Both the position numbers and the translations under genes were made by a program. Under the pieces are notes generated by a model that did not search any database, was not told where the DNA came from, and worked only from the letters and a program-made list of their open reading frames with translations. A DNA stretch of 50,384 nt from Pseudomonadota bacterium (lineage in GTDB: Bacteria; Pseudomonadota; Alphaproteobacteria; Micavibrionales; UBA2020), in assembly GCA_043806835.1 (NCBI GenBank), contig JAZDGQ010000037.1:1-50384 (forward strand). Reading direction: 5' to 3'. How positions within the stretch are numbered: the stretch's first letter is position 1; each line of letters begins with the position of its first letter. Shown here in pieces: positions 19,041 through 27,968 of this stretch.

Positions 19041-19504
19041 TTCATTTCCTTCAGCCGCGCACACCAGGTTCCGAAAGGGGTAAGCGCCACCTGACGTAAG
19101 TTTTCAGAATCGTTGACAAAATCAATCTTTATTTCCAGTCTGTCTTCCGGCAAAAGGCTTCCCAACCTGTCCGGCCATTCGACCAGTGAGACACCGGAGC
19201 GGAGCGCCTCGTCCCACCCTAATTCCAGAATATCCATCTCTTTTTCCTCCAGACGATAAAGATCGAAATGCCAGATGGACAGTCCGGGCAGGTCGTACAC
19301 CTGCACCAGCGTAAAGGTCGGGCTCGGCACCTCTCCGGCTGTAGGGGACAGCGTGTGGACAAGCGTCCGGGCAAAGGCCGTTTTCCCAGCACCGAGGCTT
19401 CCCGCAAGCGTCACCACGTCGCCCGTTTTCAGCAACGGTGCAAGACTCGCAGCCAGCGGCTTCAGCGCGTTTTCGGTATCAATAAGCAGTGTCCGGCACA
19501 TCAT
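19037..19504 (-). CDS. tsaE: tRNA threonylcarbamoyladenosine biosynthesis ATPase
   Basis: GSLGAGKT, VPSPTFTLVQ, HFDLYRL, VEWP. Confidence 0.95.
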   Translation of the reverse strand: MMCRTLLIDTENALKPLAASLAPLLKTGDVVTLAGSLGAGKTAFARTLVHTLSPTAGEVPSPTFTLVQVYDLPGLSIWHFDLYRLEEKEMDILELGWDEALRSGVSLVEWPDRLGSLLPEDRLEIKIDFVNDSENLRQVALTPFGTWCARLKEMK

Positions 19505-19550
19505 TTTCTGATAAGCTCTCCCATTGAAATCAAAGTTAACGGTTATTCTT

Positions 19551-20564
19551 ATGCCGGAAAAGAAGTATCTGACAGATGTGACGATTGTCGGAGCGGGGCC
19601 TGCGGGGCTGTTTGCGGCGTTCGAGTGCGGCACGCTCGGGATGAAATGCCATATCGTTGACAGTCTGGAGCATGTCGGCGGCCAGTGCGCCGCCCTGTAT
19701 CCGGAGAAGCCGATCTACGATATTCCGGGCCATCCCTCCATTACAGCGGGAGAGCTGATTGAAAGGCTGGAAAGGCAGGCACGCCCGTTCGCGCCCGTCT
19801 ACCATCTCAATCAGACGGTCGAAACGCTGAAACGTGGAGACGACGGCCTCTATGAAGCAGGGACATCGACAGGCGCCGTCATCAGATGCAGGGCAGTCAT
19901 CATCGCTGCGGGCGCGGGCGCTTTCGGCCCCAATCGCCCGCCTATCGACGATCTGGAATCTTATGAAGGGAAGTCCGTTTTCTACAGGGTCGGGCGCCGC
20001 GACGATTTCTCCGGAAAGACGCTGGTGATTGCGGGAGGCGGCGACAGCGCGGTGGACTGGGCGGTCTCCCTCGCTGAGGTTGCCCAAAAGATATATTTTG
20101 TGCATCGCCGCAATAAATTCCGCGCTTTACCAGAATCAGTTGAAAAATTGGAGGCTCTGGTCAAAACCGGAAAAATAGAAAAAGTGATCCCGTATCAGCT
20201 GCACGGGCTGACCGGCGGAAACGGCTTTTTAAAGACGGTGGAGCTGACCGATCCCAACGGCGGGAAAAAAACGGTCGAGGCCGACGTCCTGCTGCCGTTC
20301 TTCGGCCTTGCACCGCAATTGGGCGCGGTTGCCGGTTGGGGCATCCCTATCGACAATCACAGAATCCCCGTCGATCCCTCAACACAGCAAACCAGTCTGG
20401 CTGGCGTGTTCGCCATCGGGGACGTTGCTGCATACCCGCGTAAGTTGAAACTGATCCTTACCGGATTTTCAGAAGCCGCCATGGCCGCCCATGCCATTTA
20501 TCCACTTGTCTTTCCGGGAAAAGAGCTCCATTTTGTATATTCAACAACGAAAGGCGTCCCTTGA
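19551..20564 (+). CDS. Ferredoxin--NADP+ reductase (thioredoxin-reductase-like)
   Basis: GAGPAG, GGQCAALYPEKPIYDIPG, GGGDSAVDW, GDVAAYPRKLKLILTGF. Confidence 0.9.
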   Translation: MPEKKYLTDVTIVGAGPAGLFAAFECGTLGMKCHIVDSLEHVGGQCAALYPEKPIYDIPGHPSITAGELIERLERQARPFAPVYHLNQTVETLKRGDDGLYEAGTSTGAVIRCRAVIIAAGAGAFGPNRPPIDDLESYEGKSVFYRVGRRDDFSGKTLVIAGGGDSAVDWAVSLAEVAQKIYFVHRRNKFRALPESVEKLEALVKTGKIEKVIPYQLHGLTGGNGFLKTVELTDPNGGKKTVEADVLLPFFGLAPQLGAVAGWGIPIDNHRIPVDPSTQQTSLAGVFAIGDVAAYPRKLKLILTGFSEAAMAAHAIYPLVFPGKELHFVYSTTKGVP

Positions 20565-20565
20565 C

Positions 20566-21111
20566 ATGTTTATTCAGACGGAACAAACCCCCAATCCCTC
20601 CAGCCTCAAATTCCTGCCCGGCTGCGAGGTCATGAAGCGAGGCACGGCGGAATTCAAAAATACCGACGAGGCGGCGGCTTCGCCGCTTGCAGGGAGAATT
20701 TTCAGAATACATGGTGTTGCCGGAGTATTCCTGGGAGGGGATTTCATCACCGTCACGAAGACTGACGCCGCGCGGTGGGCGGCGCTTGAGCCCATGATCC
20801 TCGGCGCGATCATGGAATATTTCGCCACCGGGCAGGACGTCCTGCACGGCGGGGACGTTCCCGCCGCCTCCGGGGACGACGATGAAATCGTCCGGAAGAT
20901 CAAGGAACTTCTCGACGTCCGCATCCGTCCGGTCGTGGCGCAGGACGGCGGCGACATTGTCTTTGACTCGTTCAGGGACGGAGTCGTCTACCTGCATCTG
21001 CGCGGCGCCTGTGCCGGATGCCCCGGCGCCGCCGCCACGCTCAAGACGGGTGTCGAAAGCGTGCTTCGGCATTTCATCCCGGAAGTCAAGGAAGTCCGGG
21101 CGGTGAAATAA
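20566..21111 (+). CDS. NifU/Nfu family Fe-S cluster carrier
   Basis: MFIQTEQTPNP..LKFLPG; IRPVVAQDGGDI; GACAGC. Confidence 0.93.
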   Translation: MFIQTEQTPNPSSLKFLPGCEVMKRGTAEFKNTDEAAASPLAGRIFRIHGVAGVFLGGDFITVTKTDAARWAALEPMILGAIMEYFATGQDVLHGGDVPAASGDDDEIVRKIKELLDVRIRPVVAQDGGDIVFDSFRDGVVYLHLRGACAGCPGAAATLKTGVESVLRHFIPEVKEVRAVK

Positions 21112-21118
21112 CGCCTGC

Positions 21119-24094
21119 ATGGGTGAAACACCATTAAAATCCGCGCCAACCGTTTATAACATCGCGGCCGGACAATCCTTTGCCGACGCGCTGGCGCAGG
21201 GGATTCTGGAATCCGCCGTCGAAAATCCGCTGAAGCTCTCCGAATGCACGATTTTGCTGCCGAGCCGCCGCGCCTGCCGCACCTTGCGCGAAGCCTTCCT
21301 GCGCCTGTCGGGAGGCAAGGCCGTCCTGCTGCCCGCCCTGCGCCCCATCGGCGACGTGGATGCCGACGAAGTGGCTCTGTTTCTGGCGGGGGGGGACGAC
21401 ATCGCGGAAAGCATCGATATTCCGCCCGCCGTTTCCAGGCTGGAAAGGCAGTTGTTACTGGCGCAAACGATCCAAAAGGCCGAAAAGGAAATGTCCTTCG
21501 ATCAGGCGGCGGCTCTCGCGCTGGGACTCGGCCACTTTTTGGATGAAGTGCAGACGGAGCGCTTAGGGTTTGACGGCCTGGCCGGACTGGTTCCGGAGGA
21601 GTTTGCCGGGCACTGGCGGAAGACCATCGAATTCCTCAAAATCCTGACGGAACACTGGCCCGCCATCCTTGCAGAGAGGGGCGTTATAGACTTCGCGGAG
21701 CGGCGCAACCTTCTGCTGGAGGCGCAGGCGCGTGCGTGGAAAAAAAATCCGCCGCAGGGGCAGGTTGTCGCCGCCGGATCAACCGGCACCGTTCCGGCGG
21801 CTGCGGAATTGCTGTCCCTTGTCGCGAGACTGCCGCAGGGGATGCTGGTACTGCCGGGGCTGGACACAGGCATGGACGCGGAAAGCTGGGACGCTCTCAG
21901 CGGGGATCATCCGCAGTACAACATGAAAAAGCTGCTCCTGACGGTCGGCATAAAGCGCGGGGACGTGCAGGACTGGCCGTTGCGGAAAAAACCAGTTGTC
22001 AATTCTCACCGCGTGCGCCTGATGTCGGAAGCGATGCGTCCCGCCGATACCGCGGAAAAGTGGCGCAAGCTGAAGGCCGGCGCGCTGTCCGGCGAGGCTC
22101 TCGACGGATTCACGAGGATAGACTGCGATACGCCCTCGGCGGAAGCGGACGTGATCGCCCTCTCCATGCGGGAAACGCTGGAGACGCCCGGAAAGACATG
22201 CGCCCTGATTACGCCGGACCGCCGTCTGGCGCGGCGCGTCTCCTTAAGCCTCCGCCGCTGGGGGATCGCCGTCGACGACTCCGGCGGGCAGCCTCTGACG
22301 GAGCTTCCCGTGGGCGCATGGCTGATGCTGACGGCGGAAATGGCGGAGGAGGATCTCGCCCCGGTGACGCTGCTGTCCTTCCTGAAGCATCCTTTTCTGG
22401 CTGAAGACTTGCGCTGCGGCGTGTCCGCTCTGGACGAACTGGCGCTGCGCGGACCTCGCCCCTCCGGCGGCTTTCAGGGGCTGCGCGACGCGGCGGCGGC
22501 GGCGGACTGCAAGTCCCTGCCCGGCTGGCTCGATAAAATCGAGGCGAGGATGAAGGACTTCGTGCAGATGATGTCGTCGCCCGGGGAAAAACCGTTTCAT
22601 GAAATTCTGACGCGCCATATCCGCATGGCCGAGGATCTGGCGGCGGCGGCGGGCGTTCCCGGACCCGTGCGGCTCTGGCAGGGCGATGCCGGAGAAGCCG
22701 CCTCGGAATTTCTCGGCAATCTGCTCCGGTCTTCCCGCGACGTCCCTCCCCTGTCGCCGGAGCATTACATATCCCTTCTCGGCACGCTGCTGAAAACAGT
22801 GACGGTGCGCCCGAGCTTTGGCTCCCATCCGCGCCTGAGCATTCTGGGGCAGATCGAGGCGCGGCTCTACTGCGCCGACAGGGTGATTCTGGGAGGATTG
22901 AACGAAGGGACGTGGCCGGGTCTTCCGGCGCACGACCCGTGGATGTCGCGCCCGATGCGGAAACGGTTCGGCCTGCCGTCTCCGGAGAGGAGCATCGGCC
23001 TCGCCGCGCACGATTTCGCGCAGGCGGGAACGGCGGCAGAAGTGATCGTCACGCGGTCGAAAAAAACGGACGGCGCGCCGACCGTCCCGGCGCGGTGGCT
23101 GTTGCGTCTTGAGACCGTGCTGAAGGCGGCGGGGCTGGACTGGCCGGAAACGCAGGCGCAGAAATACCGCCAGTGGGCAAAGGACATGGACAGGCCGCCG
23201 GAGATCAGACCCGTTTCCCGTCCGTCGCCGACGCCTCCCGTCGAGGCGAGGCCGCGCAAGCTGTCGGTGACGAAAATCGAGAACTGGATGCGCGACCCGT
23301 ATCAGATTTACGCGAAATATGTGCTTGGACTTGATGCGCTTGATCCACTTGACGCCGATCCTGGCGGCGCCGAACGCGGCACGTTCATCCATGCGGCGCT
23401 GGAGAGATTTATCAAAGAGTTTCCTGATGATCTTCCCGACGATGCGGAGGCGCGGTTGCTGGCCTTCGGGCGGAACGCCCTGACGGAAATGCGGATACCG
23501 CAGGAAGTCGTGGCGTTCTGGTGGCCGAGGTTCGAGAAAATCGCCGGCCTTTTCATCCGGCAGGAACGCGACTGGCGGGAGAAAGCCAGCCCGTATCTGA
23601 CGGAAATCGATGGACGCTGGCATTTTGAGGCTCCCGGCGGGTCTTTCACCCTAACCGGAAAAGCCGACCGCATCGACAGGCTCCGCGACGGAAGCTATGC
23701 GATCATCGATTACAAATCCGGCGTCGCGCCCGAACCCCGCGAGGTGAAAGCCGGCCTCTCGCCGCAACTGCCTCTGGAGGCGGTTATTCTGGAGAAAGGC
23801 GGTTTCGAAAAAATCTCCGGAAAAGTTAGTGAACTGATCTACTGGAAAGTCACGGGCAGCGGGCAAAACCCCGTCGAGAAAAAATCCGCCGTGCCGAAAG
23901 ACGCCAGTGCAGACCAGATAATCGCGGACGCAGAGGCGGGGCTGAAGGCACTTGTGGCGCGGTTCGACGATGCGTCCACGCCCTACCTGAGCCGCCCCCG
24001 ACACGACGCGAAGCCGCGCTTTTCGGACTACGAGCATCTGGCGCGCACCAAAGAATGGAGCGTGGCGGGCGATGACGGGGAGGAAGCGGCATGA
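21119..24094 (+). CDS. addB: Double-strand break repair protein AddB
   Basis: LPSRRACR, AAGSTG, HPQY, LGQIEARL, RDPY, ADRID..IIDYK nuclease motifs. Confidence 0.95.
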   Translation: MGETPLKSAPTVYNIAAGQSFADALAQGILESAVENPLKLSECTILLPSRRACRTLREAFLRLSGGKAVLLPALRPIGDVDADEVALFLAGGDDIAESIDIPPAVSRLERQLLLAQTIQKAEKEMSFDQAAALALGLGHFLDEVQTERLGFDGLAGLVPEEFAGHWRKTIEFLKILTEHWPAILAERGVIDFAERRNLLLEAQARAWKKNPPQGQVVAAGSTGTVPAAAELLSLVARLPQGMLVLPGLDTGMDAESWDALSGDHPQYNMKKLLLTVGIKRGDVQDWPLRKKPVVNSHRVRLMSEAMRPADTAEKWRKLKAGALSGEALDGFTRIDCDTPSAEADVIALSMRETLETPGKTCALITPDRRLARRVSLSLRRWGIAVDDSGGQPLTELPVGAWLMLTAEMAEEDLAPVTLLSFLKHPFLAEDLRCGVSALDELALRGPRPSGGFQGLRDAAAAADCKSLPGWLDKIEARMKDFVQMMSSPGEKPFHEILTRHIRMAEDLAAAAGVPGPVRLWQGDAGEAASEFLGNLLRSSRDVPPLSPEHYISLLGTLLKTVTVRPSFGSHPRLSILGQIEARLYCADRVILGGLNEGTWPGLPAHDPWMSRPMRKRFGLPSPERSIGLAAHDFAQAGTAAEVIVTRSKKTDGAPTVPARWLLRLETVLKAAGLDWPETQAQKYRQWAKDMDRPPEIRPVSRPSPTPPVEARPRKLSVTKIENWMRDPYQIYAKYVLGLDALDPLDADPGGAERGTFIHAALERFIKEFPDDLPDDAEARLLAFGRNALTEMRIPQEVVAFWWPRFEKIAGLFIRQERDWREKASPYLTEIDGRWHFEAPGGSFTLTGKADRIDRLRDGSYAIIDYKSGVAPEPREVKAGLSPQLPLEAVILEKGGFEKISGKVSELIYWKVTGSGQNPVEKKSAVPKDASADQIIADAEAGLKALVARFDDASTPYLSRPRHDAKPRFSDYEHLARTKEWSVAGDDGEEAA

Positions 24095-27000
24095 CAGATC
24101 CTGCCTTGAAAAAACCGCAGGGAGAGGAACACCCGAGCCTTCGGCAGTCGCAAGCGTCCGATCCGATGCGGAGCGTCTGGGTGGAAGCGTCCGCAGGCAC
24201 CGGAAAGACGAAAGTCCTGATCGACCGCGTGCTGCGCCTGATGCTGCCGCGCCCCTCTCTGCCCCGAGAAAGCGCGACGCCGCCGGGAAAAATCCTGTGC
24301 CTGACTTTCACAAAAACGGCCGCCGCAGAAATGTCGAACCGGATTTACGAACGCCTCGGCGGCTGGTCGGTCAAAAGCGACGCGGAGCTTCACAAGGAAT
24401 TGCAGGAGCTGGTCGGAGAACCCCCCTCGCCGGAGATGCAGGAGGAGGCGCGGCGGCTGTTCGCGCGCGTTCTGGACGCGCCGGGCGGCCTGAAAATCAT
24501 GACCATCCACTCGTTCTGCCAGTCGGTGCTGAAACGGTTTCCGGTCGAGGCCGGATTGCCGCCGCATTTCGAGCTGATGGACGAGCAGAGCGCCGTCGAA
24601 TACCTGACGCTGTGCCTGCATAACATCATCAGGGAAGCGCGGGAGAATCCCGGCTCGGTTCTGGCGCAGTCGTTCAATCAGCTCGCGCTGCATCTCGACT
24701 CCGCGGCCATGTCGGAGCTGATGCGGCAGATCATGTCCAGCCGCAGCCTGCTCGCCGGGATCCTGAAAGAGCACGGCGACGCGGAAGCCTTGGCCGGGAA
24801 AACAATTCAGGCGGCGTACCGGCATCTCGGACTCGATGAAAAGACGACGGAGCAGGATATCCTGTCGCGGGCGGGGAGGCTCGCAGATACGGAGGAAGCG
24901 GAGCTTAAAAAAGTTCTGGACGCGCTGCTGAAAGGAGGAAAAAAAGATACGGACAAAGCCTTCTTTATTCAGCCGTGGCTGGAGCAGAAGCAACGACGAG
25001 GGGAACTGCTGCCGTCTTACCGTCATGCCTTCTTCACGAAGGAAGGCGAAATCCTGAAAACGCTCGCCACCAAGGCGTCGGTTGAGGCTTACCCCGATAT
25101 CGTCTCCGTGATGCAGAAAGAGGCCGAACGTCTGGACGCGCTGCAACAGGAATTGCGTTCCGTGCGTCTGGCGGAGCTCAATGCCGCCCTGCTGACGGTC
25201 GCCGCCGCGATGGTCGGGCATTACGCGCGGCACAAGAGATACCGCAACAAACTCGATTTCGACGATCTGATTATCAAGACCTGCGATCTGCTCTCGGAAG
25301 AGGATATGGCGCCGTGGGTGCTGTTCAAGCTGGACGAGGGGATCGACCACATCCTGGTGGACGAGGCGCAGGACACCAGCCGCAACCAGTGGCGGGTGGT
25401 GGAATCCCTTTGCGGGGAGTTCTTCGCGGGGCGCGGCTCGCGGGAAGACACTCAGAGGACGCTGTTCGTGGTGGGCGACGAAAAGCAGTCCATCTTCAGC
25501 TTTCAGGGAGCCGACCCCCGCGAGTTCGCGCGGATGCGGGGATTTTTCGGGGGGAAGGCGGGCGGCATTCAGTCCGGCTGGGAGATTTTCCTGGAATATT
25601 CCTTCCGCTCGACGCGCGCTGTTCTGGAGGCGGTCGATGCCGTTTTCAGCCGGGAGACGACGAGAAAAGGCGTCGTTTCCGGACAGGATCGCGGCGTGAA
25701 GCACCTGCCTTTCCGCGCCGGGCACGCGGGGATTGTGGAACTGTGGCCTCTCATTCAGACTGCCGTGAAGGAAAAACCCGCGCCGTGGCTCCTTCCGACG
25801 GAAATCGACGAGGGCGACGATGCGGCCGCCCGCCTCGCGCATAAAATCGCCGCGACGATCAAGGGCTGGATCGGCGGAAAAGAAATGCTCGCCTCCAGAG
25901 GCCGCCCTATCCGCGCCGGGGACGTGCTGATTCTGGTGCAGTCGCGGGGAGCCTTCGTGGATCTTCTGCTCCGCGCCCTGAAGGGCGCCGGGGTGCAGGT
26001 GGCGGGAGTGGACCGCATGACGCTGACCGAGGAGATCGTCGTGATGGATCTGCTGGCTCTGGCGCAGTTCGCGCTGCTGCCGGAGGACGATCTGACTCTG
26101 GCCAGCCTGCTGAAGTCGCCGATGGTCGGGATGACGGAGGAAGACCTTTATCTCCTGTGCCATGAACGCAAAGGCGCGCTCTGGCCGTCCGTGCGGCGGA
26201 ATAAGCCGGAACTGGCGGCGTGGCTGCAAACCCGGATCGGGAAGGCCGGGCGCGTCACGCCTTACGAGTTTTTCGCGGAGGCGCTCAACACGCCCTGCTT
26301 CGCGGATAAAGTCAGCGGACGCCGCGCTCTGTACGGACGGCTCGGCTTCGATATTCAGGACGCTCTGGATGAATTCCTGAACAGTTGTTTACAGTACGAG
26401 CAAAGCCATACCCCGTCGCTGCAGAAATTCATCGGCTGGTTCTTGCGCGGAGAGGCGCAGATCAAGCGCGAGCAGGCGCAGGACGGCGCGGACATGGTGC
26501 GGATCATGACGGTGCACGGCGCCAAGGGGTTGCAGTCGCCGATTGTGTTCCTGCCGGACACCGTCAAGAAACTTCACGATCACAACAAGGGGCGCGCGCA
26601 CCTTCTCTGGCCGGAGAACGAGGCGGGCGTGCCGCTGTGGTCGCCGCGTCAGGAATTTTCGGCTCCGGTTTACGCCGAAAGGCAAAGTCAGGCGCTGGAG
26701 CGTCAGGAGGAGGAATACCGGCGCCTTCTATACGTCGCCCTCACCCGCGCCGAGGACAGGCTGTACATCTGCGGGTATCACGGCGTCCGGAGTCCGAAAC
26801 CGGATTGCTGGTACAGCCTCGTCGCGGAGGCTTTTCCATCCCCTGCCGCAGAGGAAGAGGGGGATATCCGCCGTCTGGAGCATCCGCAGGAAACCGCGCC
26901 CGAAAAAGAAAAGAATCTCAGGGAAAAAAGCGCCGCCGCCCGCGCCCCGTTGCCGGAGTGGGCTTTCCGGGAGCCTTCGATTGAGCCTTCTCCGCCCAAG

Positions 27001-27582
27001 CCTCTCGCGCCGTCCAGACCGGATGATCTTGAACCGGCGATGAAAGGGCCTCTGGCGGAAGACGAAGGCCGGAAATTCAGCCGGGGCGTCATCGTGCATC
27101 AAATCCTTGAACTCCTGCCGCAGTTGCCGGAGGATAGGCGGGAGAAAGCGCTGATGCAGTATCTGGCGCGCCCGCACCTGCATCTGCCGCCGGAACAGCA
27201 GAAATTTTTCGCGGCAGAGATTCTTGCGGTGCTTCGGCATCCTGAATTCGCCGCCATTTTCGGGGCAGGGTCGCGCGCCGAGGTTCCGGTGACGGGGCTC
27301 ACGGAAAGTGCTCGGCGAATCGCGCCGCAAATTCTCTCCGGCCAGATAGACCGGATTCTGGTGACGGACAAGGAAGTGCTCATCATCGATTACAAGACCA
27401 ACCGCCCGCCGCCCGCCAGTGCCCGGGACGTGCCCGTTATCTACCTGAAACAAATGGCGGCCTATCGCTCCGTTATTTGTAATATTTATCCGGAACACAG
27501 GATCAATTGCGCCCTGCTGTGGACGGATGGACCCGTTCTGATGCCCCTTTCGGATAATCTTCTTGATCCGCACGCACCGTAG
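24091..27582 (+). CDS. addA: Double-strand break repair helicase AddA
   Basis: ASAGTGKT, VDEAQDT, GDEKQSIF, MTVHGAKG, LYVALTRA, IDR..IIDYKT. Confidence 0.96.
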   Translation: MTDPALKKPQGEEHPSLRQSQASDPMRSVWVEASAGTGKTKVLIDRVLRLMLPRPSLPRESATPPGKILCLTFTKTAAAEMSNRIYERLGGWSVKSDAELHKELQELVGEPPSPEMQEEARRLFARVLDAPGGLKIMTIHSFCQSVLKRFPVEAGLPPHFELMDEQSAVEYLTLCLHNIIREARENPGSVLAQSFNQLALHLDSAAMSELMRQIMSSRSLLAGILKEHGDAEALAGKTIQAAYRHLGLDEKTTEQDILSRAGRLADTEEAELKKVLDALLKGGKKDTDKAFFIQPWLEQKQRRGELLPSYRHAFFTKEGEILKTLATKASVEAYPDIVSVMQKEAERLDALQQELRSVRLAELNAALLTVAAAMVGHYARHKRYRNKLDFDDLIIKTCDLLSEEDMAPWVLFKLDEGIDHILVDEAQDTSRNQWRVVESLCGEFFAGRGSREDTQRTLFVVGDEKQSIFSFQGADPREFARMRGFFGGKAGGIQSGWEIFLEYSFRSTRAVLEAVDAVFSRETTRKGVVSGQDRGVKHLPFRAGHAGIVELWPLIQTAVKEKPAPWLLPTEIDEGDDAAARLAHKIAATIKGWIGGKEMLASRGRPIRAGDVLILVQSRGAFVDLLLRALKGAGVQVAGVDRMTLTEEIVVMDLLALAQFALLPEDDLTLASLLKSPMVGMTEEDLYLLCHERKGALWPSVRRNKPELAAWLQTRIGKAGRVTPYEFFAEALNTPCFADKVSGRRALYGRLGFDIQDALDEFLNSCLQYEQSHTPSLQKFIGWFLRGEAQIKREQAQDGADMVRIMTVHGAKGLQSPIVFLPDTVKKLHDHNKGRAHLLWPENEAGVPLWSPRQEFSAPVYAERQSQALERQEEEYRRLLYVALTRAEDRLYICGYHGVRSPKPDCWYSLVAEAFPSPAAEEEGDIRRLEHPQETAPEKEKNLREKSAAARAPLPEWAFREPSIEPSPPKPLAPSRPDDLEPAMKGPLAEDEGRKFSRGVIVHQILELLPQLPEDRREKALMQYLARPHLHLPPEQQKFFAAEILAVLRHPEFAAIFGAGSRAEVPVTGLTESARRIAPQILSGQIDRILVTDKEVLIIDYKTNRPPPASARDVPVIYLKQMAAYRSVICNIYPEHRINCALLWTDGPVLMPLSDNLLDPHAP

Positions 27583-27624
27583 TTATAAACTGTCTTTTCA
27601 ATAACTTTAGCAGGGAGAACGCAA

Positions 27625-27945
27625 ATGGGCGCTCAACATGTCACGGATGCCGATTTCGAGGCCGAAGTCCTGAAGGCCGTTGGCCCCGTGCTGGTGGATT
27701 TCTGGGCGGAGTGGTGCGGCCCCTGCCGTTCCCTCACCCCCAGCATCGACGCGCTGGCCGCCGAGAAAAGCGGACAGATCAAGGTGGTCAAGGTGAACGT
27801 CGACGAAAGCCCCAACGCGCCGGGCAAATACGGCGTGCGCTCCATTCCGTCGCTGTATATTTTCAGGGACGGAAAAGTGGTGGCGCAGAACGCCGGCGCG
27901 CTGTCGAAATCCGAACTCTTCAAATGGGCGGAAGGCGTGATCTGA
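27625..27945 (+). CDS. trxA: Thioredoxin
   Basis: VDFWAEWCGPC; canonical addB-addA-trxA order. Confidence 0.96.
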   Translation: MGAQHVTDADFEAEVLKAVGPVLVDFWAEWCGPCRSLTPSIDALAAEKSGQIKVVKVNVDESPNAPGKYGVRSIPSLYIFRDGKVVAQNAGALSKSELFKWAEGVI

Positions 27946-27968
27946 CCTTCCCCGCCGCCCGGCATCCC

